Shown here: piece by piece, positions 1 through 10,562 of the stretch
Layout of the letters: each line of letters begins with the position of its first letter
Numbering within the stretch: position 1 is the stretch's first letter
Origin: Zootoca vivipara
Taxonomy: Eukaryota
Assembly (NCBI RefSeq): GCF_963506605.1
Contig: NC_083285.1
Span: 31,620,001-31,684,000 of the forward strand
DNA: 64,000 nt
Direction of reading: 5' to 3'
Translations under genes and position numbers: made by a program
The notes under the pieces: generated by a model
Database searches by the model: none
Told to the model about the DNA's origin: nothing
The model's input: the letters and a program-made list of their open reading frames with translations, nothing else

Positions 1-426
1 TGGGAATCGTCGCCGTAGCTGGTCGCAGTGGCGGCGCCAACATTGCCCCCCTTCCGTTAGTACCTCATACGACACGGGACCGGTCACCTTGGTGACTGTG
101 GCGGGTACCCATGCTGGGCCTGCCCCAAAATTCTTTGCATACACTGGGTCCTGGGCCACAAATGTCCGGGGGTTCCTGCCTTTCCCCACCACTACCTCAT
201 CCTGAGCTCTGTCGGGGTGAAGTCGGTCCAGTCTAGTTGCAAGGCGCCGGCCCATGAGTAGTTCAGCTGGGCTCCGGCCCGTCGTTGTGCTTGGGGTGCT
301 GTGCTGTGCTAGAAGAAATGCGGCAAGGCGGTATTCCCAGTCCCCTTGTGTTATGCGGCGGAGGCTGTCCTTGGTGGTCCGCACCATGCGCTCCGCTTGG
401 CCATTGGTGGCAGGGTGGAATGGTGC
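1..426 (-). pseudogene. Out-of-frame C-terminal half of Gypsy integrase
   Basis: Manual translation: APFHPATNGQAERMVRTTKDSLRR...WEYRLAAFLLAQHSTPSTTTGRSPAELLMGRRL...VYAKNFGAGPAWVPATVTKVTGPVSYEV...WRRHCDQLRRRFP, open to the window edge; contains the catalytic E region. Confidence 0.9.
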
Positions 427-3116
427 GCAACTTCTTGTGCCTGAATGGGTCGGTCGGGAAGCAGCTCCAGGGTCATAACCTCTTGCGCAGGCGCTGGGTC
501 GGGGCCTGTTTCTGGTAGTGGTAGCCTGCTGAGTGCGTCTGCGTGGCCCATCGCCTTCCCAGGGCGGTGGATTAGTGCATACTGGTAGCCGGCAAGGAAA
601 ATTGACCACCTGAGGACACGTGGAGACAACACTTGGGGGGTCTGCTTCTCGGGGGCAAACAGGCCAAGCAACGGCTTGTGGTCAGTCACTATGGTAAAGG
701 GCCGCCCGTACAAGAAATCATGGAATTTTTTTACGCCCTTCACGATTGCCAGACCCTCCTTGTCAATCTGTGAGTAGTTTCGTTCGGCTGCAGCAAGCGT
801 CTGGGAGAAGTATGCCACCGGCACCTCTCTTCCATCCGGGAGTTGGTGTCCCAGGACAGCGCCGATGCCATAGGGAGAGGCGTCGCATGCCAGCACCACT
901 GGCAGCCTCTCGTCGAAGTGTGCCAAGACCGAGTTCGAGACGAGCAAGTCCTTGACTGCCTGGAATGCGGCCCTTTGTCGCTGGCCCCACACCCAAGGGG
1001 CCCTTTTATCTAGGAGTCTGTGTAGGGGCTCCGCTACCGCTGCCTTATGGGGAAGGAAGGCATGGTAAAAGTTCAATAGTCCCAAGAATGACTGAAGTTC
1101 GGGCTTGCTCTTGGGCGCTGGGGCCTCAAAAATGGCCCGTACCTTGTCACCGGTTGGATGGACCCCTTCTGCGTCCACCTTAAATCCCAGAAAGTCCACC
1201 TGCGGCACTCCCAGTAAACACTTTTCCCGCTTCACCTTGAGGCCCGCCGTCTGGAAACGGTGCAGGACGGAGCGGAGGCGATCCTCAAATTCCTCTGGTG
1301 TGGGCCCGGCGATCAGTACATCATCGAAGAAGGGGGTGACGCCAGGAATCCCTTTAAGGAGAGAGTCCATTAGATTCTGGAATATACCTGGTGCCACGCT
1401 AACGCCAAATTGCAGCCGCTTTACTCTGAATGCCCCTCTGTGCGTCACAATCGTCTGAGCCTCTGCTGTGGCTTCGTCCACAGGCAACTGTTGATACGCT
1501 TGGGCCAAGTCCAGTTTGCCAAAGATTTTTGACCCAGCCAGGGTGGCGAGGACATGGCTGACCACTGGCACTGGGTATGCATGGGCCGTGAGAGCCTTGT
1601 TTATGGTGCATTTGTAGTCTGCACAGATGCGGACCGAACCGTTAGGCTTGACGGGTGTGACAATTGGAGTTTCCCAGGGGGCGTTGGGCACCGGCTCCAG
1701 CACTCCTTGCTCCACGAGCCGGTCCAATTCCTCGTCTATGCGGGGTTTCAGGGCGAACGGGACCCGGCGGGCCTTGTGCCTGATGGGTCGTACAGCGGGG
1801 TCTAGCTGTAGGGCAATGGGGGGTCCTGTATATCGTCCCAATGCCCCATCGAAAACCCCTGGAAACTCTTTGCATATGGCGTCCACGTCCACTTGTAAGC
1901 TAGTGCGGTTCACCCCGGTAACGGCTAGCCCCAGAGGTCCAAACCATGCCAGTCCCAGTAAGCTAACGTAGGGGCCCTTAACTACCAGCAAGTCCAATTG
2001 TTGCTTTCGCCCTCGATATTGCACCCTGAAGGTCCCCACCCCCATTGTAGGGACCTTACGTTTCTGGAAGTCCCGGAGGGTGAATGGGGCCGGCCTTAGT
2101 TTGGGACCCCCATTAGGGCACAGTTCCCTTAATGTTCGGGCCGAGATTATGGATAGAGTTGAACCCGTGTCCAGCTCCATGCGGCATGGGGCTCCCTCTA
2201 TCTGTACCTCTATATAAATTTTCTCTGTGCTGGGATGGGGTAACTGGAATACCTGGTAGTCCGTGATCTCCGTCGAGTTGCCTTGGTGCATGGTGCCGTG
2301 TGACCTGGGGCTCCTGGGTCGGTCATCTGATGCTTGTCGGCGGGTGAGTCGAGCCCGACACACCCGGGCGATGTGTCCCAATTTTCTGCACTGCCTGCAC
2401 TCTGCGTTGCGGAAACGACAGGTCCTCCTCTCGTGGTTCTCCCCGCAGCTTGCACAGTTCCCTCCTTCTCGTCGAGGCTGCTGTGGTGTGTGTGCTGCTT
2501 GAGTGCGCCGCTGTACTCGGTGTACTTCCTCCCTGTCAGATTCGGATTCGTCGGTGAGGTCTTCGTGGTAGACCCTCGGTTGGGATGGCGGGGCCGGTCG
2601 TGCCTCTTGCGTTGACCTCTCGGCGGCTTCGGTTGCCAGGGCTTCCTCCAGAGCAATCTGGAACGTGAGGTCTTTTTTGGCGTAGAGGCGTCGTTGCAAC
2701 ATCTCGTCCCTCAGGCCACCGACGAGGCGGTCACGAAGCATGTTCTCCAACTCTGAGAAGTTGCATAACCGGGCGGCTTGGCGGAGGGAGGTCACAAACC
2801 CAGTTATGGTTTCCCCCGGGGCTTGCCGCTTTCCGTAGAAGGCATTTCGGCAAGCTACCACCGAGGGCTGTGGTGAAAAGTGCTCCTTCAGCCGTTCCAT
2901 TATTGTTTTGTAAGAGACGGTAGCGACATCTCTAGGTGCAAGGAGAGCCCGGGCGATTTCAAACGTCTCCTCTCCACAGACGCTGAAGAATGTCGCCCTC
3001 TTCATGGCATCGTTGGTGACTTCTTTCGCTTGCAGGAGGAAGTTGAAACGGGCGGCGTACCCTTCCCAGTCTCCTGATGCTGGTTTGAATGGCAAGAAGC
3101 TGCTGTCGGTTGCCAT
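351..3116 (-). CDS. Gypsy gag-pol polyprotein (Gag with two Cys-His boxes, aspartic protease, RT, RNase H), prematurely terminated after RNase H
   Basis: CASCGENHERRTC (CX2CX3HX4C) plus CRQCRKLGHIARVC (CX2CX4HX4C); LDTGS protease; KLDLAQAYQQ, LQFGVSVAPGIFQ, FFDD RT; CDAS/DKEGL/TDHKPL/ADALSR RNase H. Confidence 0.95.
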   Translation of the reverse strand: MATDSSFLPFKPASGDWEGYAARFNFLLQAKEVTNDAMKRATFFSVCGEETFEIARALLAPRDVATVSYKTIMERLKEHFSPQPSVVACRNAFYGKRQAPGETITGFVTSLRQAARLCNFSELENMLRDRLVGGLRDEMLQRRLYAKKDLTFQIALEEALATEAAERSTQEARPAPPSQPRVYHEDLTDESESDREEVHRVQRRTQAAHTPQQPRREGGNCASCGENHERRTCRFRNAECRQCRKLGHIARVCRARLTRRQASDDRPRSPRSHGTMHQGNSTEITDYQVFQLPHPSTEKIYIEVQIEGAPCRMELDTGSTLSIISARTLRELCPNGGPKLRPAPFTLRDFQKRKVPTMGVGTFRVQYRGRKQQLDLLVVKGPYVSLLGLAWFGPLGLAVTGVNRTSLQVDVDAICKEFPGVFDGALGRYTGPPIALQLDPAVRPIRHKARRVPFALKPRIDEELDRLVEQGVLEPVPNAPWETPIVTPVKPNGSVRICADYKCTINKALTAHAYPVPVVSHVLATLAGSKIFGKLDLAQAYQQLPVDEATAEAQTIVTHRGAFRVKRLQFGVSVAPGIFQNLMDSLLKGIPGVTPFFDDVLIAGPTPEEFEDRLRSVLHRFQTAGLKVKREKCLLGVPQVDFLGFKVDAEGVHPTGDKVRAIFEAPAPKSKPELQSFLGLLNFYHAFLPHKAAVAEPLHRLLDKRAPWVWGQRQRAAFQAVKDLLVSNSVLAHFDERLPVVLACDASPYGIGAVLGHQLPDGREVPVAYFSQTLAAAERNYSQIDKEGLAIVKGVKKFHDFLYGRPFTIVTDHKPLLGLFAPEKQTPQVLSPRVLRWSIFLAGYQYALIHRPGKAMGHADALSRLPLPETGPDPAPAQEVMTLELLPDRPIQAQEVAHHSTLPPMAKRSAWCGPPRTASAA

Positions 3117-3225
3117 TCTGGGTTCCTTGGGTCCTGGAGCTGAAGCCTGGATGCACGGTGCGATGCAGTGGTGCAGCAGGTGGCGGTGCTGCGGTGCAGT
3201 GCGTGGTGGCGGTCAGCTCAGCAGG

Positions 3226-3243
3226 ATCCCACCTTCGTCGCCA
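3226..3243 (-). promoter_or_regulatory. Primer binding site, tRNA-Ser(GCT)-type
   Basis: TGGCGACGAAGGTGGGAT 1 nt after the LTR's CA end; complementary to the vertebrate tRNA-Ser(GCT) 3' end (...ATCCCACCTTCGTCGCCA) as recalled. Confidence 0.8.
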
Positions 3244-3244
3244 G

Positions 3245-3620
3245 TGAAATATACTCGGAGTCGAGAGTGAATTTCATGCTCTTTATTCAGCTCATATTCA
3301 TCAAGGAGAAGAAGAGAAGACGAATGGCTCTTTTCCCAAAACCATCTGCTTATATACATTATTTACACAATGGGCCTTGCGTGATTGGCTACTTCAGGGC
3401 TACACCTGTGGGCCAATTATATTGTGGATTGACTTCTGCCTGCAGCCTGATTGGCTGCTCCTACAGGCCAATCAGGTAGCAGATTCACTTCTGCCAGCCG
3501 CCTGATTGGCTGCTCCCGCAGGCCAATCACGTTGCGGATTCACTTCCACCTGGAGTTGGATTGGGTAGCTCCTGCTGATTCTGAATCCTATTGTTCTAGG
3601 ATTCAGCTCAGTACATAACA
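3245..3620 (-). repeat. 5' LTR (376 bp) of the Gypsy element
   Basis: Begins TGTTATGTAC, ends ATTTCA; TATATAA at 3356-3350, AATAAA at 3287-3282, multiple CCAAT boxes in ~55-bp tandem repeats. Confidence 0.9.
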
Positions 3621-3951
3621 GTTGGCAACAGGGTCTTCATTCATGCATGAAGGATGAATTGGGAGTAAACCATCGCTGTATGTATAGTTCTACTTTCTCT
3701 GTACTGTTTCCTAACTCAAGCTGTATCTGTAGGCACCATTTTTGGAGTACTTAACTGTGATCACACAAGTGTGAACGAAATGTTAAATGAGGTGTCAAAT
3801 TAAACTGCAGAGCATGTAAAAGTACTAGAAAAATAAGCTTTTCTCCCTAGGTTGCAAAAGATGGCAAGGAAACTTTCAAACAAGGTATCAATCATGGGAG
3901 GACATATAAAGCCCATATTCAACAAAATGTTGAATCACCCAGTATACATAT

Positions 3952-4224
3952 AGGTAAAGGTACCCCTGACCATTAGGTCCAATCATGGACGACTCTGGGG
4001 TTGCGGTGCTCATCTCACTCTATAGGCCGAGGGAGTCGGCGTTTGTCCGTAGTTTTTCCAGGTCATGTGGCCAGCATGACTAAGCCGCTTCTGGCGAACC
4101 AGAGCAGTGCACGGAAATTCCGTTTACCTTCCCACTGGAGTAGTACCTATTTATCTACTTGCACTTTGACATGCTTTCGAACTGCTAGGTTGGCAGGAGC
4201 TGGGACCAAGCAACAGGAGCTCAC
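3952..4224 (-). mobile_element. Sauria SINE (Squam1), 5'-truncated
   Basis: (ACCTTT) tail and body near-identical to other copies in the window; tRNA head missing. Confidence 0.9.
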
Positions 4225-4339
4225 TCAGGCAGGGAGTTTCACTACCTGGGCACCAAAGCCAAGAAGGCCCTTTCCCTTATTCAACCATCCTTCGGGGGGG
4301 GGGATATGCAAAGGTTCCTCTCCTTTTGACTTCAGTGGG

Positions 4340-4950
4340 TGACCTATATTGTATGGCAGGAGATGGTCATAATAGGCATCCTGGTCTAAAGCTACTTAGG
4401 GCTTTAGAACTAAACACTTTGGATTGTTTCCAGGGTGGATTAGCAGTCATCATGTTCCATATCAAAGAAGAGTCACATGCTTCCAACAAAGGCTTTGGTC
4501 AAGAGTCTTACTAGTGCATTTTGTGTCTGTTTATGCTCTTTTAAGGCAGAGCCATGTAGTGCACATTACAGGGATGCAATCTTGATTTAACTAAGACATA
4601 TGTCAGGTCCAGAAAGTACTGCAACAGCCTAAGCTGGGCAATGACACTCCTGGCTATAGTTATCATCTGGGGATCCCAGAGCAAGGCTGCATCCAGGAGA
4701 ATCCCCAGGCTATAAACTAGATTTCTTTTTTCTGCAAGGGGAGTACTACCCTGTCCAAAATGAGCTAAACCCTTATCATTGGATCAGCAGTCCTACTAAC
4801 CAAGATTGCACCTGTCTTTTCTGGGTTGCACCTCTGTTTGTTAGCCCACATCTAGTTCGTTATCCAACCCAGATAAAGTTGAGAACCTCCATGTCCAGAT
4901 GAGATGGAAGGGATATAGCTGTGTATCATCTGCAAACTGCAACAGGAATT
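4340..4950 (-). mobile_element. Degenerate L2-type LINE fragment
   Basis: QFADDTQLY RT motif at ~4913-4939 on - strand; boundaries approximate. Confidence 0.6.
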
Positions 4951-6191
4951 CCAAATCTACAAATATATGGTATGTGTGGTAAACAGGTTGGGAGCGGAGT
5001 TGGGAAATGAGACACGTGAACCTGAAATTCACTCTTGGTCTCACTACACGGCGGTTCAGATTGGGTGGAGTATATGATGCTGAACAGGCTGTAGGAATAG
5101 TTCTCAAAAAGCACATTTCTATCATAGACAGTTTTGAGCCATTATGTAATCAGTTGTCATCCAGGTACATTTTCAACTTATTTGTCCAAATGTATTTGAA
5201 TGCCCTGTAGAGTGGATGTAATATATACTCATGCACCGGATGATTTTAAGAGTACTTTACCTGGCACAGTCTGGATAGTTTGATCATTCTGTGACTTTTT
5301 GATTTATATACTAATATTACAATTAAGTTTGAAATGGTCAAAATGGACCATTTCACACACACGCCCAAAAAAATCATTTTTGGAGTCAGACATGTGGCCT
5401 TTCTGGTCTTTTTGTATGGATCTGCAATGCCATCCGGTGGCTGGTCTGGTTAGTGTGAGATTTATGCATTCATTTTCTATATGTTCTATTGTTCCCATTG
5501 TTGTTTAATAGTAAAGAACAGGAATATATTGGTATTTCATCTACTTTACCTTTCGCAGCCAGGTTATTTCTTCTGGTAGTAAAGCTTTCTGTTTACAGAA
5601 GGCAGAGAGCAGTAATTATTGAGATGATCCCATAGCAGCAATTTATACAGCATGCGGAATGCTCTCGAAAGCTACCCTTGGTTTCATCTAGTGGTTTTTA
5701 AACAAATATGATAGAAAATATGCAGAACATGAAAGCAAGGGAATTCTGCTTGCTGACTTCAGATGAACTGGCATGCTAGCACTAGCAAAGCAAAAATGCA
5801 ATATTAAAGAAGAGCAGCTAGCTGTGAAAGTTGAAAATTATGCAGGTAGCCTTCATTAAAGCAATTGTACCATAAATAAAACATGTATGAGAATAACTTT
5901 GATTGCTTCATAGACCACTTGGGCACTTAAATAACCAGTGGACTGTTCATTGTGAATTAGGCTGTGTCTTGCCAATTCAGGTAATGATTAGAGCTGAATG
6001 GAGATGGAGCAACAGTTGTGGGCCCAGAGTAGTTCATGGAGACCAAAGAGCAAAAGGGCTTTTCCAGACTCTGAACCAGTCAGGAGAGAGGAAGGAAGGT
6101 TGAAAGGACTGAGCTCATCAAATTATTTTGAACATGCAACATTTCACAAATGACATTCTTGCAGCAGTCCTATTTTTGTACTGAGGTTGTA

Positions 6192-6433
6192 CAGTAGTAC
6201 CTTGGGTTACAAATGCTTCAGGTTACAAACGTTTCAGGTTACAGACTCTGCTAACTCAGAAATAATACCTCAGGTTAAGAACTTTGCTTCAGGATGAGAA
6301 TAGAAATCGTGCTCCGGTGGTGCGGCGGCAGTGGGAGGCCCCATTAGCTAAAGTGGTACCTTAGGTTAAGAACAGTTTCAGGTTAAGAATGGACCTCCGG
6401 AACAAATTAAGTTCTTAACCAGAGGTACCACTG
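6192..6433. mobile_element. Tc1/mariner-pogo type MITE
   Basis: TIR CAGT(A/G)GTACCT..AGGTACCACTG, TA TSD at 6190-6191 and 6434-6435; sister copy at 14955-15183. Confidence 0.85.
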
Positions 6434-6999
6434 TACTGCCTGGAACTGCACCATGACATATTGCTAAAGGACTACTTTATCTGCTCTAAACATGCACTCT
6501 GCAACGTTTTGTTGTCCACTGATTTAAAAGCTAAGCAGCACTTGTTCATCTGGATAGATATATTACAAAAACGTTATTATCCGACAGTATTCAGTACCCT
6601 GGCCATTATATAATTCCTCCTCTTTCCTTTCCTCTTGGCTTCTTATTTTCCCTTATTATCTGTTGACAGTAGTAATATAGCTCATAGCGCTATTCAGGTG
6701 CTATTGTCAGAACCGATGTAAGGAGGAGTGGGGCTGTGCACGCTAGCTATGTTTATATGCACAATGGCTTCACCCCTCTCTGATGGGAGATTCTTCAAGC
6801 ACTCAGCTGATTGCACACAGAATTCTCCACAATAGCAGGGACCCTGCGCTATTATGGAAAGAATTTGAAGCACATTCAGGCAAACATAGGAACAGTCAGT
6901 GATGGAGCCAGAAAATGAGGTCTCCTCCTTTCACAGTCTAAGAATTTAAGTTGCTGAAGAGGGGAATTCCAGGTCCTTGTGAATAACCTTAATAGGATA

Positions 7000-7117
7000 A
7001 AATAAAATAAAAAACTTTCTTCCAGTAGCACCTTAGAGGCCAACTAAGTTTGTCATTGGTATGAGCTTTCGTGTGTATGCACACTTCTTCAGATACTGTA
7101 ACAAACCGTACCTGTAA
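7000..7117 (-). mobile_element. Penelope-like element pLTR fragment
   Basis: Same family as 31793-31890 and 41029-41147; 12-bp TSD CTTAATAGGATA (6988-6999, 7118-7129); carries a hammerhead motif. Confidence 0.8.
7059..7096 (-). ncRNA. Minimal type I hammerhead ribozyme (Penelope-associated)
   Basis: GUAU-CUGAAGA-A-GUGUG(CAUA)CACAC-GAAA-GC-UC-AUAC: intact core, 4-bp stem I, 5-bp stem II, palindromic AGCU stem III. Confidence 0.75.
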
Positions 7118-7232
7118 CTTAATAGGATAGAAGAAGCATGATGCCCGACCATTTTAGTACACTGTTATGGACTGCCCTGGGATCTTCAGATGAAGTGCAG
7201 TATACAAATTCAATTAATAATAATAAAATGGC

Positions 7233-7301
7233 AAGAAGAAGAAGAAGAAGAAGAAGAAGAAGAAGAAGAAGAAGAAGAAGAAGAAGAAGAAGAAGAAGAA
7301 G
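7233..7301 (+). repeat. (AAG)23 microsatellite
   Basis: Direct read. Confidence 0.95.
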
Positions 7302-9702
7302 GAAGGAAGGGTATCCTTTCTAATATCGACTAATGTAAGTTTGACAACTGAATCTGCTAGGTGCATTAAAGAAATCCCAATGAATAATTAAAGTAATTGA
7401 ATGCTACCCTCTCATCCACATCACCATACCCCTTAGGTACATGATATTGCAGTTTCACGTCGTCCAGAGGAAATGTGGTGAGAACTATAAAGGAGTGGGA
7501 AGCAAACCTGTGTGCTGCAGCTATTCTATGTTATATAATGAAGCCATTATCCCAATTCCATACAGTGAATTTGCCTCCTTGCTATTGAGAACATCAGGCC
7601 ACACTGACGGATTGCATAGCTTGCCATTCCCATTATTCTCACTTGGTTTGTCTGAAAATTAAGAAGTGTAAAATTAGTCTCTTCTTTGAATGCGAGATTG
7701 TGGACAGAGTGATAATTATCTCGCCAAAAATCTAGAAATAAGCACATTTAATTAGCTCTTTCCGTTTGATAGCCTTTATCTTTCTGATGCACCTTTAAAT
7801 AAAGGTAATTATTTAAATATCTGGAGTCTATTAAAAGATGCATTAGCATTGGCATTTCAAAGTGTGAAAAAGCCTTGCAGCAACAACTAAACTAGAATAT
7901 ATAAAATATGTTTATCCATCCATCTATCTAACTATCAAGTCATTCATTCCCATATAGTGACTTTTGCATGGTCCAATTACTTATCATTGCTGTCTGGCTT
8001 GTAGTGCAAAAACAAATCCACTCAAGCAATAAGAGAAACTGGGAAAGAGTCCAAGAGGCGAGGCTGCAAATAATTTAAAAAGTAAATGCAATGTTCACCA
8101 GAAAAAGATAATACAGTACTTATCTGAGGGCACTGGGAGCAAACTTTTAGCACAATCATTCTACCATTCCGCTTATGTTGTAAGTTCTCCCAACATCTTC
8201 AGGTAATGGAAAGTTTGAAAACATTTCCTTGGTTGATTTCCTTCAGATGAGACCAGCGTCACCTCTAATGTTTTGATGGGCTGTTTTCCCCCCCCCCAGT
8301 GAGAAAGAGGGGGGAAACAGGATAGGGTGTAATAAAGATAAGAAAATCCATTCTCATCCAGTGCAAGCTAAACCCGTGGACAGACTCTTCCTTCAAGAAA
8401 CACAGCTGGAGCTCCACACATTCAATTGGGGGCATCAGTAAAGTGAAGTGGCAGGCTCTGCCCCCCCCCCATCTTAAAAGCACTTTGACACACGTCTGCA
8501 ATGTGCCAGTGTAAGATAGGGGTGAAGCTTGCTGCCATGAGGTTGTTCCTGCCCAATATATGCTTATTACTGAATGTGCAGAGCTCAGTCACACCTCTAA
8601 AAGGGGATTTAAAGATAGCATGCGTATGCCATGTACAGCTTGCTAAGGCTCATCTGAAGGAATATACGTTCACCCAAATAATCTTGCTCAAGCATCGCTA
8701 TTACGCCTAACAGCAGAAATATGAAATTATTACTACTGCTGCTGATGGTACTGCATGCATAACGCCAGCTTGATATATCTGCCATGTACTATAGGTATTT
8801 TGTTATCTTTATTAAACAATATGTCTATGTTTAAAACCTTGTTATGATGCAGATTTGCAGCTTTCCACAAAAAGACAGCTTGTCACAAATATAGAAGTAA
8901 TTATTTAATTAGATAAATCACCTCCCTACTCACTCGTTCTTCCTTTCTTTAACAGCATCTCAGCAAAGATATTTCATTTCATACAGCCCCAAAATGCTAC
9001 CATGGAAAGCTGAAATAGATTTCTGGTCCTCAAACCATATTTACAGCAAACTGAGTCTCATACTTGACACACCAGCTTCACTTGGGATATACTATAATTC
9101 ACCAAAATAAACTTGGTTTAAATTCTCAAAGGGAGTGCTTTAATCCTGTCTGTGTATTTTCAAAGAAACTGGAACTGGTGTAAGGAATGAGTGGGGGAAG
9201 CCCTCATACTGTTCAACATTAATCTGCACTGCAATATTCCTTCAAAGGGATGTGTTTATTCCTCCCAGTTCTGTGCTTCGGTCCTTGCGTAAAGCAATAG
9301 TTTTCACTAACGTTTCATTTCCAAAAAAGAAAAGTACTCTCCCGGGTTTACCTAGAATTTATTTAACCCTAGACAAGTTATGTGTGTGCAGGACAGAGAG
9401 TTGGCCAATTGCAATGGAAATCCATGCCCACATACATCCTTCTCAAGGCTGGCCCAAGATGTTTTGCTGCCTGAGGCAGATGACAAGATGGAGGCTACTC
9501 CCCATTCTGTATACTGTATAGAAGACAACTGGAGTGGTAGCTGAACCTTCTTTCAACACTAGTGATGGAATATCTGAGGCAGCACCTCATTTTGCCTAAT
9601 GGTAAAACCAGGCCTGACTCCTCTCTTTATTACTTTATATCTTGAAATTGAGCCCTGGCTCAGGTAAATTTCCTATGCTTTCTGGTAATGGACTAAATTA
9701 GA

Positions 9703-10076
9703 GGTAAGGTAAAGGACCCCTGGATGGTTAAGTCCAGTCAAAGGTGACTATGAGGTACGGCCTCATCTCGCTTCAGGCTGAGAGAGCTGGCATTTGTCCA
9801 CAGGCAGCTTTCCGGGTGATGTGGCCAGCATGACTAAACTGCTACTGGCGCAACGGAACACCATGACAGAAGCCAAAGCGCATGGAAACACCATTTACCT
9901 TCCCACCACAGCAGTACCTAGTTATCTACTTGCACTGGTGTGCTTTCAAACTGCTAGGTTGGCAGGAGCTGGGACAGAGCAATGGGAGCTCACCCCATTG
10001 CATGGATTCGAACCGCTGACCTTTTGGCTGGCAAGCCCAAGAGGCTCAGTGGTTTAGACCACAGCACCACCCACAT
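9703..10076 (-). mobile_element. Sauria SINE, near full length, divergent subfamily
   Basis: B-box GGTTCGAATCC on - strand, ACCTTT tail; TSD ACTAAATTAGA at 9692-9702 and 10088-10098. Confidence 0.9.
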
Positions 10077-10316
10077 CTTCCAAGTGAACTAAATTAGAAG
10101 ACAACTAGGAATGGGTCAGCCTCATACCCACACACTCTCCTCTCATCCTCCTTTGCACTCAAAAATAAAATAAAATAAAAGGATTAAACCCCAATTTAGT
10201 CAAAACATACATGTGAAGGTGAGAGGAAGAGGAGTGTGTGTTTGAAACTGAGGCTCACTGCAGCCTAGTCCTGAACATCTGAACGATAGTTCAAGATAAT
10301 CCTTTTAACTGGGTTA

Positions 10317-10562
10317 AAGGTAAAGGTAAAGAGACCCCTGACCATTAGGTCCTGTTGTGTCCGACTCTGAGGTTGCAGCGCTCATCTCGTGTTATTGGCC
10401 GAGGGAGCCGGCGTACAGCTTCCAGGTCATGTGGCCAGCATGACGAGGCCACTTCTGGCGAACCAGAGCAACACACGGAAACGCCGTTTACCTTCCTGCT
10501 GTAGCGGTACCTATTTATCTACTTGCACTTTGACATGCTTTCGAACTGCTAGGTTGGCAGGA
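10317..10562 (-). mobile_element. Sauria SINE, 5'-truncated
   Basis: Perfect 13-bp TSD TTTAACTGGGTTA (10304-10316, 10563-10575). Confidence 0.92.

Larger units (their letters stand above)
1..3620 (-). mobile_element. Ty3/Gypsy (Mag-clade, K02A2.6-like) LTR retrotransposon, antisense in SYT1 upstream intron; 3' end outside window
   Basis: 5' LTR TG..CA (3620-3245), PBS, single gag-pol ORF in PR-RT-RH-(IN) order; GC/CpG-rich compared with AT-rich flank. Confidence 0.95.

Noticed and set aside
7138-7323. Poly-Arg protamine-like ORF
   Set aside because: Translation of the (AAG)n microsatellite.
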